The notes below the pieces were generated by a model. That model saw only the letters and a list, made by a program, of their open reading frames with translations. It ran no database searches and was not told the DNA's origin. The position numbers and the translations under genes were made by a program. Of a DNA stretch of 47,851 nucleotides, positions 35,477 to 44,373 are shown one piece after another. Source of the DNA: a virus (Duplodnaviria; Caudoviricetes); IMG/VR virus record IMGVR_UViG_3300001866_000016, positions 1 to 47,851 of that record. One strand, given 5' to 3'. Each line of letters begins with the position of its first letter. The first letter of the stretch is position 1.

Positions 35477-35959
35477 ATGATAAACAAATACGACGGAAAG
35501 ACCTTACGCAGAGAAATATGTAAGCGCATGGGACTCATAGACCACGGCTATTTCGAAGGAATACTCAAGAATATGTACCTAGAACGAGAGATGTCTAGCA
35601 TAGAGATAAGTGAAGAGATAGAAAGAAAAACGGAATTACATATGGATCCAAGGTCTATACAACGCACAATAGCGCGCATGGGGGTCATAAGAAGCCCTAA
35701 GGAAGCTTTCAACCTGGCAATAAAACGAGGCAGGATGCGAAAGATAAAGAAAGAAGGAACTGAAGGGGGTGTAAGAATAAACCCAGGTAGAAGATTCAAA
35801 ATAATGGAAAGGGAGGGATTCAAGTGTATACTATGTGGAGCAACTAAAGATGATGGGCGGTTATATGTTGACTTTGTAAACAACGATAGCAATAATGAAG
35901 AGGACTTACACACTATATGCGAGGAATGCTTGAAAGGTAGGCGGGTGGCAAAAATATAA
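35477..35959 (+). CDS. HTH plus degenerate HNH-fold protein
   Basis: MSSIEISEEI..RSIQR HTH; RFKIMEREGFKCILCG...YVDF...DLHTICEECL. Confidence 0.8.
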   Translation: MINKYDGKTLRREICKRMGLIDHGYFEGILKNMYLEREMSSIEISEEIERKTELHMDPRSIQRTIARMGVIRSPKEAFNLAIKRGRMRKIKKEGTEGGVRINPGRRFKIMEREGFKCILCGATKDDGRLYVDFVNNDSNNEEDLHTICEECLKGRRVAKI

Positions 35960-35977
35960 GAAAGGAGGAACAGCCAT

Positions 35978-36012
35978 AAGCCCATGGGGAGACCTGTGGG
36001 CTTTTTTATTTT
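35978..36012 (+). terminator. intrinsic terminator
   Basis: AAGCCCATGG...CTGTGGGCTT followed by a T-run. Confidence 0.75.
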
Positions 36013-36246
36013 AGGGCGGAAGTGGAACATATAATTTGGAATGGGGGAGTGCCTTAGTGCGTCCACGAAAAAACGCAATTACTATGAAAAAACTCCTATG
36101 GAACTGGGGCGGGGGATGGGGGTAGGTGCTTGGCGTTCTCTAATGTTTTTAGTGTCGTAAAATGATTATTGTACGACCCTTATACAAAAACACAAGCGGG
36201 GTATATGTTTTCGGGGGTATATGCGACACACAAGGCGCATAAGCTA

Positions 36247-36726
36247 TCATGCGTCTTCTTCCTCGCTATGCGACACTAACTCGGGCATATCGTCCACATT
36301 CTTATCTTGTACATCTATCACGCGCGCTGTGCTAGTTGTTACTTGATCAAATAAGCCTGCGAGATCTAGCGTTGTATTGATATCTCCTACGTGTTCCACC
36401 CTTTCGCTGTACTTCTCACGCCCCAATCCTTTCGCTACAAACTTAGAAGCGTCAAGCTGTATGCGTTTGACGTTGATATCATCAAATTCTTCTGGGTTTT
36501 TATCTGTGTAATACGATAAAACACGCTCAGCGCCTCGTAAACGTTCACGATCCCCGATGACTTCACCAACCCAACCGTCACGAAATGTTGTAATGCTATC
36601 AGCAGTTGATCGCGAATATCCTGCTTTTAAAGCGGACTGGAACGCATTGCCGAACGTCGGGCTTTTGGGCGACAGATAAAGCTCCTTGAATAGTTGTTGT
36701 CTTGCGTCTAATGTTACTCTCTTCAT
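36247..36726 (-). CDS. terS: terminase small subunit
   Basis: RQQLF..YL.P.SPTFGNAFQSALKAGYS HTH and YSERVEHVGD motif; upstream of TerL. Confidence 0.85.
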   Translation of the reverse strand: MKRVTLDARQQLFKELYLSPKSPTFGNAFQSALKAGYSRSTADSITTFRDGWVGEVIGDRERLRGAERVLSYYTDKNPEEFDDINVKRIQLDASKFVAKGLGREKYSERVEHVGDINTTLDLAGLFDQVTTSTARVIDVQDKNVDDMPELVSHSEEEDA

Positions 36727-36772
36727 ATTTTACGACGCTCTTATTATAGCAAACCTTAGCCATTTTTACAAG

Positions 36773-36829
36773 TTATCAACAACCTTTTATTCTGTACGCT
36801 TGACTTATATATCACGCGAATGATACATT
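36773..36829 (+). promoter_or_regulatory. early promoter
   Basis: TTGACT (36800)-18 nt-TACATT with TGn extension; TTATCAACA at 36773-36781. Confidence 0.65.
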
Positions 36830-36866
36830 ATGAGCAGGCGGACTTAACCGCTAACAAAAAAACTAT

Positions 36867-37166
36867 ATGCAAAACACAAACGACCTTTCTTCACTGGGCA
36901 ACTATGAATTCCAACTGCTTGCAGAACTTTTGCAAGCTTATGCAACTAATAGAGACATCCTAGGCGACAATGTGCGCTGGGAATTCAACCCGACAAGTGG
37001 TAATGTTTTCCTAGTTGATGATGACTTTAACGTCGCAATGGTAAACGACGAAACAGGAGAAATTGAGCTGTTTCTAACTTGCCTGAATTGTGGCGCCGAA
37101 GGTTTTGCCTCCGATGACTTTCGCATTGCAGAAGATGGCCAATACTGTACAGAATGCAAAAACTAA
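36867..37166 (+). CDS. acidic early protein with a C-terminal zinc ribbon
   Basis: FNPTSGNVFLVDDD; CLNC...CTEC. Confidence 0.8.
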   Translation: MQNTNDLSSLGNYEFQLLAELLQAYATNRDILGDNVRWEFNPTSGNVFLVDDDFNVAMVNDETGEIELFLTCLNCGAEGFASDDFRIAEDGQYCTECKN

Positions 37167-37178
37167 TCTTTAAACACT

Positions 37179-37463
37179 ATGTCAAACTTTAAAATGATTG
37201 TGCAATACTCTGGCGAGCTCTCTATTATTGTCAACGCAGAAGATGAGCCAACCGCTGAGGCCATTATTGACAACATGCCAAGAGAATACCTAATGGCAAA
37301 AGCTGAACACTGGCAAGACGATTATCGAGTAACAGATATTGCCAAGGTTTTGCCCTGTCACGTGTGCGGAACATTCATCACAAAAGAAGAGCTGGACGAA
37401 AATGGCGCATATACCTACCCCGAAGGCCTACCATACTGTCCAGACCACCAGCCAGAAGAATAA
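37179..37463 (+). CDS. early protein, DpnD/PcfM-like domain plus zinc ribbon
   Basis: IVNAEDEPTAE; CHVC...CPDH. Confidence 0.7.
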   Translation: MSNFKMIVQYSGELSIIVNAEDEPTAEAIIDNMPREYLMAKAEHWQDDYRVTDIAKVLPCHVCGTFITKEELDENGAYTYPEGLPYCPDHQPEE

Positions 37464-37490
37464 TCAAACATCAATTAATAATATATATAT

Positions 37491-37703
37491 ATGCTTTCAA
37501 ACTTCCGCCCAGCTCCTATGCCTTTTTGTGAGGAATGCGGATCAATTCAAGACCTTGAGGAATTTCAAGACGCCCCGCCTTTTTACTCTCACGTGCTCTG
37601 CTCTGCTTGCCTTGCAGATATAATCATTGCAAACAAATGCGCAGACTGTGGCTTGCCAATGATCCAATGGCTTCCCTCGCACTGTCAATGTTCTAAAGAC
37701 TAA
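37491..37703 (+). CDS. Cys-rich early protein
   Basis: CEEC, CSAC, CADC, CQC. Confidence 0.65.
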   Translation: MLSNFRPAPMPFCEECGSIQDLEEFQDAPPFYSHVLCSACLADIIIANKCADCGLPMIQWLPSHCQCSKD

Positions 37704-37715
37704 CTAAAAAAATAT

Positions 37716-38036
37716 ATGACAAAAGGAAAACAAATCAAAGGCGAAAAGTATATATATCTTGCCATGGCCTTTGAACTCCTCAAACTCAATAAAACTCTCT
37801 CTATAACCATAGGCCATGATAATGAAATGAAGGGCGGGCAAAACTTCTATAGGATTTTTACACTTCACACCTACGAAAATACGCATATCCTAACAGAAAC
37901 AAAAACTTCTGCACACTTCGCCGACTTCTCAAGATCTTTCATTATAATACCAAACACTTATATACCAAGCTTGCCAGCAATCTATGAACATATAGACAAC
38001 AACAAATATAACTATTCTAAAAATTGGACACACTAA
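37716..38036 (+). CDS. hypothetical early protein
   Basis: ORF in the operon. Confidence 0.65.
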   Translation: MTKGKQIKGEKYIYLAMAFELLKLNKTLSITIGHDNEMKGGQNFYRIFTLHTYENTHILTETKTSAHFADFSRSFIIIPNTYIPSLPAIYEHIDNNKYNYSKNWTH

Positions 38037-38047
38037 CCAAACACCAT

Positions 38048-38233
38048 ATGCAAGACAAACAAAGCCTATATCTCATCAAATACTTTTTTGATGGCGTCGG
38101 GCGCGTACGTATACTGGCCGACAATGAAGAAGACGCAGAAGAAAAATTCCTAGAAGGCGACTTTGATCCTGACGACGATTGCGACCTTTCAGAAAATTAT
38201 TGCATTGAAGAAGTAATAAAAATAACAGAATAA
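38048..38233 (+). CDS. acidic early protein, DpnD/PcfM-like
   Basis: VRILADNEEDAEEKF. Confidence 0.7.
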   Translation: MQDKQSLYLIKYFFDGVGRVRILADNEEDAEEKFLEGDFDPDDDCDLSENYCIEEVIKITE

Positions 38234-38242
38234 TTCTACTAT

Positions 38243-38575
38243 ATGCACTTCCTACTTAATATTGATTATACAGACGACACAAGGAAATTCTATTCTGACA
38301 GCTACATCAAAAATAGGTTTATCAACAAAAAAGACAACCAGACTATCCACGAGGCAATCGCGCAAGCTATCCTCGAAAACGATGGGATGGAATTATTATA
38401 TAAAGGCAAGCCACGAGGAAATATATATATAGATTTAAAAGATGGCTCCGCGAAGCCTGTGGGCTATATGTACCGCGCCAAAACAACTATAGACAACAAA
38501 AGGGCTCTTTTTGACGTGTGGGCTACTATAAAAAAAATAGAAGATGCAGACATTGAAAATATAGATCCAAAATAA
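38243..38575 (+). CDS. hypothetical early protein
   Basis: NIYID.KDG..KPVGY motif. Confidence 0.75.
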   Translation: MHFLLNIDYTDDTRKFYSDSYIKNRFINKKDNQTIHEAIAQAILENDGMELLYKGKPRGNIYIDLKDGSAKPVGYMYRAKTTIDNKRALFDVWATIKKIEDADIENIDPK

Positions 38576-38603
38576 GATAATAATCTTTTCTAACCACCTA
38601 TTT

Positions 38604-39020
38604 ATGACAAAAGAACAAGCAATCCATAGTTGGGTATCTCAACTAAGCGCCATTCCTCAAAACTGGGTACAAAAACTTTTTGAACTTGAAGGCCAGTCTC
38701 CGCGCTTGCCAATGTGGGGGACGATGTGGATTTTGGATGAACCTCACGACGCCGAAACTCTTCTTGACCTCGCCCATTATGTAGAACCTTGTGAAGTGCA
38801 TGAAGACTACAACAATTTTTGCGACGCTTGCAACGACTACGATGAAGAAATGGAAGGCGAGCTCTGTATCCCTGGGACACCTGTATATATCTATAAACTA
38901 GACGGCGAGACTATCATAGGCGTACATGGCGCTGGCTGGGACTTCTATGATGGCGTCTGGGATAAACTCTATGATCTTCTAGGCCTTAAATGGCACGACG
39001 ACGAGCCAGAGAATAACTAA
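38604..39020 (+). CDS. conserved-looking hypothetical early protein
   Basis: LPMWGTMW...GVHGAGWDFY..VW..LY..LGLKWH. Confidence 0.8.
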   Translation: MTKEQAIHSWVSQLSAIPQNWVQKLFELEGQSPRLPMWGTMWILDEPHDAETLLDLAHYVEPCEVHEDYNNFCDACNDYDEEMEGELCIPGTPVYIYKLDGETIIGVHGAGWDFYDGVWDKLYDLLGLKWHDDEPENN

Positions 39021-39029
39021 CCCCCATTT

Positions 39030-39164
39030 ATGCCACGCCTATATTCTCAATCATACAGAACTATACAAGAAAAGAAGGATCAAAAAAGAAATAGAAAAAT
39101 GCTACAGGATATCTTCTTTGTAACCCTATACCTTACAGCCCTAATACTCCTAATCGCTCAATAA
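39030..39164 (+). CDS. 44-aa basic, C-terminally anchored membrane peptide (not in the ORF track)
   Basis: MPRLYSQSYRTIQEKKDQKRNRKMLQDIFFVTLYLTALILLIAQ*. Confidence 0.6.
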   Translation: MPRLYSQSYRTIQEKKDQKRNRKMLQDIFFVTLYLTALILLIAQ

Positions 39165-39167
39165 TTT

Positions 39168-39201
39168 AAAACCGCCAGCACACCCGCTGGCAGTTTTTTT
39201 T
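39168..39201. terminator. bidirectional terminator between convergent genes
   Basis: AAAACCGCCAGC-N6-GCTGGCAGTTTTTTTT. Confidence 0.8.
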
Positions 39202-39208
39202 ATTCTCT

Positions 39209-39802
39209 CTATATCCTAACCCTAACACCCCCCATCCGCTCGCATTCTTCACCGCCCACGCTCCCCCTGCGCTTGCTTCCTATTAACTCCTTGATATTCT
39301 CCACGTCTACGATCCACACGTGCAATCCTGTGCCATTCTTACGCTCACCAATACTGCCCCTGCCTACTGTGCCATTCTTACGCTCACCTATACTACCTGC
39401 GCCATTTTCACACCTTGCGCCATCACCTGTGCCACCAGCACAATTTAAACATACTTTTGAATTCTTATCTGTATAGCCCTCAAACCCGAACACGAAAAAC
39501 GCACCGCACCCCCTGCCCTTTGCCTTCTCAAGTGATCTAACTTGATGCTCCTTGAGCACACTATATGGCACACGCCCTCGCTTGTCTGCCATCTTCAACT
39601 CAAACGCGCACGCTACAAAACCAAGCCCACCTAAAAAACTGCCATCCTTAACGCCCAAAACAAAACAATCAAAAGGCTTAAACCCTAATGCGCTGTCACT
39701 TATCTTGTGCACTAACGCCAACCCTCCGCCATTTCTAAAGCTTGCCCCTCCCTCATATAGCAACCACTTTGTAAACCTGCCTTGCAATTGATCCTCCCTC
39801 AT
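39209..39802 (-). CDS. RecU-like Holliday junction resolvase (PD-(D/E)XK)
   Basis: HKISD..KPFDCF, AFELK, LKEHQVRSL and GAFFVFGF motifs. Confidence 0.75.
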   Translation of the reverse strand: MREDQLQGRFTKWLLYEGGASFRNGGGLALVHKISDSALGFKPFDCFVLGVKDGSFLGGLGFVACAFELKMADKRGRVPYSVLKEHQVRSLEKAKGRGCGAFFVFGFEGYTDKNSKVCLNCAGGTGDGARCENGAGSIGERKNGTVGRGSIGERKNGTGLHVWIVDVENIKELIGSKRRGSVGGEECERMGGVRVRI

Positions 39803-40019
39803 ACATAAAAAATTCTATCACATAACCACGCCCCTTTCTACACTCATACCTTTCGTGAGACCTAAAGCCTGACCACTCCACCGCCTCAAGGCCAACCAAT
39901 CATAAAACCAAATCTCGCTTTAAAGACCATTTTTTAGCGCTCCCCCTTTTTCATTCAACAGACGAAAACTGGGGGTAAAAAACGAATGTGTATAACTCTA
40001 AAAATCGCTAGTTTTTTTA

Positions 40020-40570
40020 AAAATAATTTCGCTAATATTAGCCATATTACGGATGAGGCTAAAAAAAAGCAAAATTCTTCATAGAAAAAAAGTCTAAAAA
40101 AGTCATTTTTTTAGCTAATATTAGCCATATAATACACTATATATATATTTTTTTCTCCTATAGGGTTATGTTTATCCGTATTATCCGTAAGATGATATAT
40201 TTTTTTGGCTAATTTTAGCCAAAAAGAGTCTTACGGATGCCCTTTTTCAAAATACGGATATCCGTAAGATGATATACTTCAAACGTCATTTTTTCGCTAA
40301 TATTAGCCAAGAAATATGTGTATATCGCGCAAATGACATCCGTAATTTGGCTAATCTTAGCCAAATAATGCACTCATACCCCATTTTTTTCTACCAAGAT
40401 TTCGCTAATATTAGCCAAAAAACATCACTATATCGCGCAAACGACATCCGTAATGTGGCTAATCTTAGCCATTTTTTTGCCCTTGTGTCGTAAAATATCA
40501 TACTTTTTTCTCTCATTTCGTATATCATCTTACGGATAACCTTATATCATTCAAATGACATCCGTATTTT
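40020..40570. repeat. iteron-like repeat cluster, putative replication origin
   Basis: Seven GCTAATnTTAGC palindromes and ~9 ATCCGTA/TACGGAT; non-coding; upstream of the helicase. Confidence 0.75.
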
Positions 40571-40654
40571 ACCCACTTGACAGCCAACAGCCTTTCGTGC
40601 ATACCCTATTTTTTATATACATTTCTAATGATATATTTTTGACCACTTTTTAAC

Positions 40655-40699
40655 CTATCCACAGGCAGTATTGCTTATCCAAAACCCAGCCATTATACT
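40655..40699 (+). promoter_or_regulatory. replication-operon promoter with a DnaA-box-like 9-mer
   Basis: CTATCCACA-7 nt-TTGCTT-17 nt-TATACT. Confidence 0.65.
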
Positions 40700-40733
40700 T
40701 TCAAGCACCAAGCTCCCGTACTTCTGCTTGTCT

Positions 40734-42107
40734 ATGGGATCTAAAAACAAACAACCTACAATCCAAGAACTAGCACTTTCTTTTATTAATTATCCTATAA
40801 GGATAAATAATTTTCCTAACCTACTTGTACCAAAAGACGACCTTCTATTCCATGAGAATGAGAGTTGTTTTTATTTTTGGACAGGCGAGTATTGGCGCAT
40901 TGTTGATGAGAGAGATCAAAAGACTGGGGAATTTGCAAGAATTCTGTATAATTTTTTGCTTTCTGAATTTAAAGATTCAATTAACATAACATTTACCCTA
41001 GTTCAAAATCTAAAAACCGCCATTGTAAATTTCTTTCCTAAAAGATTTTCGTCATTGCATCAGTCTCACTATACAGCCTTTAAAGACATGTCTTTTTGTT
41101 GGGACACCATGTCATTTGTTCCAACAATTAAAGAGCATTATGCATTCCATTACTATCCGTTTACAACCCAAGAGATATATTCATGTCAGACACCAGTGTT
41201 TGATTACTATATAAACTCTTCATTCCCAGAAGATACGCAATCAATGAATAAGTTCTTAGAAGAGATGATTGGCTATTACCTCTCGCCATCACAAGAGCCA
41301 CACATTTTCTTTTTGCATGGCAGGGCGAGGACAGGTAAGTCAGTATTCTTAGACCTCTTATCAATGCTTGTAGGAGACCAGTTCGTGTCCTCATATTCCC
41401 TGCAATCCTTAACAGAAGACAAATATATAATAGCCGAGTTGGCAGGTAAGAGGGTAAACATTAAAGACGAGGACGAGTCAAAATATATAGATGGTGGCAA
41501 GCTAAAAGCTATATCGTCTCACAGAAAGACAGAGGCACAGCGTAAATTTGGCAATCCATTTAACATGTATCCTCAGACAAAGATGATATTTGCGTCCAAT
41601 CAATTACCTAAATTTAAATCCATTGATGATGGTACGCAAAGAAGGATCAACTTCATATACTTCGGCACGCCTATAGAGAAAGAGAAACAAGACAAGAACC
41701 TATTAAATAAACTAGAGTTTGAATTGCCTGGGATAATCCGCAAGGCAATGCTTGAGGGTGCCAAGCGCTTCTATGAGAATAACGAGGAGTTTGATCTGCC
41801 AGCCACAATAGTCAACGCCAATAAAGAGTTCATTCAAGAGTCCTCGTCTGCTGTTATGTTCTTCTATGAGTATTTCAAGGTAGATCCAGACCTTGACGTG
41901 GACAAGTATTATCCATCTGATGAGATATATCGGTTGTACAGGGGGTGGTGTGAGGAGAATGGGAAGCAGGCGATGGCGAGTAATGTGTTCCACAGGGCGC
42001 TGTCAGAGCAAGATGAAATGATAAAGACAGTAGTAAAGGGGAATAAGAAGTTTAAGAATGCAATATTAGTTAAAGATATATATGGCACGCAGGGAACACC
42101 TATCTAG
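40734..42107 (+). CDS. D5/P4-family SF3 helicase (no primase domain)
   Basis: GRARTGKS, AELAGKRVNIKDE, IFASNQLP, RRINFIYF and Y..YRGWCEENG motifs. Confidence 0.9.
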   Translation: MGSKNKQPTIQELALSFINYPIRINNFPNLLVPKDDLLFHENESCFYFWTGEYWRIVDERDQKTGEFARILYNFLLSEFKDSINITFTLVQNLKTAIVNFFPKRFSSLHQSHYTAFKDMSFCWDTMSFVPTIKEHYAFHYYPFTTQEIYSCQTPVFDYYINSSFPEDTQSMNKFLEEMIGYYLSPSQEPHIFFLHGRARTGKSVFLDLLSMLVGDQFVSSYSLQSLTEDKYIIAELAGKRVNIKDEDESKYIDGGKLKAISSHRKTEAQRKFGNPFNMYPQTKMIFASNQLPKFKSIDDGTQRRINFIYFGTPIEKEKQDKNLLNKLEFELPGIIRKAMLEGAKRFYENNEEFDLPATIVNANKEFIQESSSAVMFFYEYFKVDPDLDVDKYYPSDEIYRLYRGWCEENGKQAMASNVFHRALSEQDEMIKTVVKGNKKFKNAILVKDIYGTQGTPI

Positions 42108-42627
42108 TGAGCAGGGGGAGTTGGAGAAGTCACTTATATATGACGATGGGGTTGGTGATATGTTGTTGGAATCTATAAAGAGTTTAGAGGAATCGCGTGA
42201 GGATCTGGTGAAGTTCATAGAGAGGCTAAAGGCAATAGGTGGCGAGACGTGTGAGATATTTATGGATATGAATGTGAGGATGTTGGACGAGACGGATAAA
42301 AAGATAAAAAAATATAAGAGATTATTAAGGACACATACTCATATGGACGAGATATTCAATCATAAATCCAAGTATAATGTTGAGGAGTTAAAATTGATAC
42401 CAATAGAGGACTTCTATGCTTTTGATAAGATTCGTAAAACGTCAAAAGAAAGATCAACTGCGTGTTGTCCATTTCATGTTGAGAAGAAACCATCATTTGT
42501 TATATATCACGATTCAAACACATATCATTGTTTCGGGTGTCAGGCTCATGGAGACAATATAAATTTCGTGATGAAGGTTAATAATATGTCCTTTCTGGAG
42601 GCTTGCGAATATTTATCAAAAGTATGA
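42082..42627 (+). CDS. stand-alone CHC2 (DnaG-type) zinc-finger protein
   Basis: CPFHVEKKPSF...YHCFGCQAHGDNINFV...SFLEACEYL. Confidence 0.9.
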   Translation: MARREHLSSEQGELEKSLIYDDGVGDMLLESIKSLEESREDLVKFIERLKAIGGETCEIFMDMNVRMLDETDKKIKKYKRLLRTHTHMDEIFNHKSKYNVEELKLIPIEDFYAFDKIRKTSKERSTACCPFHVEKKPSFVIYHDSNTYHCFGCQAHGDNINFVMKVNNMSFLEACEYLSKV

Positions 42628-43004
42628 TTAAAGACGATGTAGAAAAAGAGATGATGTTTATAGACGAGAAAAGATATGCAGACGCTGCAATGAGGGCGCC
42701 ATATTTGTGTAAGCTTTTGGTAAGGGCTGATAAGAATTCAAAACCAAATGAAACTGGTGGCCGTGATATATATTATCGCCTGACCCCAGCTGGTAGGGTA
42801 TGGCGTAAGTACTACTATATGCAATATAAGATTCTTAGATCCTTCTTTTGTGGGTGGACAGATGAATATAACTGGTATTTAAACTTGTATAATATTATGC
42901 AGGATAGGTTGGGATATTCTAAGGAATATTTAGATTCGATATCATTAGACTATGATATCCACAGGCAGATAAAAGATATTCTTGACGATATGTTTTCTAA
43001 ATGA
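42624..43004 (+). CDS. hypothetical protein, winged-helix-like
   Basis: YYRLTPAGR motif; ATGA overlap. Confidence 0.65.
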   Translation: MIKDDVEKEMMFIDEKRYADAAMRAPYLCKLLVRADKNSKPNETGGRDIYYRLTPAGRVWRKYYYMQYKILRSFFCGWTDEYNWYLNLYNIMQDRLGYSKEYLDSISLDYDIHRQIKDILDDMFSK

Positions 43005-43008
43005 TAGT

Positions 43009-43185
43009 ATGATTATACACAAAGAGGACGAATATATATTGGGTATAATATCCGTTATATGTGATAGTTGCGGATATGAGGAAGAGATGACACTAGAGGC
43101 ACTAGCTGATAATTGTAACTGGGAGTTTACATATAACGAGGATGGGAAGGAATATCATTACTGTAAAAAATGTTCAAATATATGA
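43009..43185 (+). CDS. zinc-ribbon microprotein
   Basis: CDSC...W...HYCKKC. Confidence 0.7.
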   Translation: MIIHKEDEYILGIISVICDSCGYEEEMTLEALADNCNWEFTYNEDGKEYHYCKKCSNI

Positions 43186-43400
43186 AGATGAATCCAATAG
43201 TAGAGTACATGTTGAAGCACGACTGTTCGCTATATCGTATAGCCAAAATTGCTGGTCTATCGTACGCAACTATTCATAAGCTAGCCAACATTTCTGATAA
43301 TAAATCCGTCGGCGAGTTCAAGTTAAAGACTCTGTTGCACATTTCTGATAAGACTAAAATAGATTTAATATCATGGTATGAGCATGGAGCAGATGAATGA
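43182..43400 (+). CDS. Cro/XRE-type HTH regulator
   Basis: SLYRIAKIAGLSYATIHKL...LKTLLHI. Confidence 0.8.
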   Translation: MKMNPIVEYMLKHDCSLYRIAKIAGLSYATIHKLANISDNKSVGEFKLKTLLHISDKTKIDLISWYEHGADE

Positions 43401-43527
43401 CGACGATTATATCGATGAGGAGTATTATGACATAGATTATTCCGATTCGTGTGATCCGTTTAGACCCAATGGAGATAGTGTTGAGCTGTACGATAGAGAA
43501 ATAGATAAAAAATTATTAAATAATTAA
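43393..43527 (+). CDS. 44-aa acidic, Tyr-rich peptide (not in the ORF track)
   Basis: MNDDDYIDEEYYDIDYSDSCDPFRPNGDSVELYDREIDKKLLNN*. Confidence 0.6.
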   Translation: MNDDDYIDEEYYDIDYSDSCDPFRPNGDSVELYDREIDKKLLNN

Positions 43528-43541
43528 TTAATAAAAAAAAT

Positions 43542-44054
43542 ATGTCCGAAGACTTTTTTTCCGAAGCAAACGAGATAGTTGTTGCAAGAAATCCTTATTG
43601 GAAACTTGAGAACGTTGGCGACACAGTTCGCGGTGTGCTAGTGCGAAGATCTACAGTAGAGAATCAGAACGAAGGTAAGGAGGGTACCTTCCAGCGCATC
43701 TATACTATATGTGTTATTGATGAGGACAATGAGAAGTTTACTGCTGTCAAGGGTGGCGAGAAGCAAAAGATGAAGGCGGGTGAGTTGATTGATGTCTACG
43801 GGAAGATGTTGATAGACGATACAGATGGTAGGAAGGTAGCCATCACTGCTGGTGCTGATACGCTAGACATTGGCTTCATGCTAGGGTTTAAATATACAGA
43901 ACAGTTAGAACCTAAGGCCAAAGGTAGACAGGGTGCTAAGATTCAAAAAGCATATGCGGATAAGACAAAGAAGTATATGGATGTAGTTGAGAAATTTTCG
44001 CCTAAGATGGATCTACTCGATGACAATGGGGTTCCAGAGAGTGAGATATTTTAG
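43542..44054 (+). CDS. putative OB-fold single-stranded DNA-binding protein
   Basis: WKLENVGDTVRGVL; acidic/aromatic C-terminus (ESEIF); replication context. Confidence 0.55.
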   Translation: MSEDFFSEANEIVVARNPYWKLENVGDTVRGVLVRRSTVENQNEGKEGTFQRIYTICVIDEDNEKFTAVKGGEKQKMKAGELIDVYGKMLIDDTDGRKVAITAGADTLDIGFMLGFKYTEQLEPKAKGRQGAKIQKAYADKTKKYMDVVEKFSPKMDLLDDNGVPESEIF

Positions 44055-44186
44055 GAGGTTGAGGAAGGGGATAGTGCTATCCCCCATCCTCAAATGCCAC
44101 CTTTAAAACAAGATATCGTGAGGGCTTTCAATATGGTTACTCTACTATAATGATAGCTATTTCCGTTATCTTGGTGGCAGTTGAGG

Positions 44187-44366
44187 ATGATAGAAATAGA
44201 TATAAACAATCCAATACACAAGCGTTTTATACTTTTGCGCGCCAAAGATAAGTATAGAAGTATTGACAAGAAGAAATCGGATGAGACTGTGCGCCTCATC
44301 CTTTCTTTATTAGGGGGTCACGAGGTAGTTAGCGAGAGTGAATATAGAAAATATATAAAAGATTAA
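44187..44366 (+). CDS. small ribbon-helix-helix-like protein
   Basis: 59-aa basic ORF. Confidence 0.55.
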   Translation: MIEIDINNPIHKRFILLRAKDKYRSIDKKKSDETVRLILSLLGGHEVVSESEYRKYIKD

Positions 44367-44373
44367 AAAATAT

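Noticed and set aside
40020-40570. CRISPR array
   Set aside because: Repeats are only 12-14 nt, irregularly spaced, the intervening sequences are themselves repeated, and there are no cas genes.
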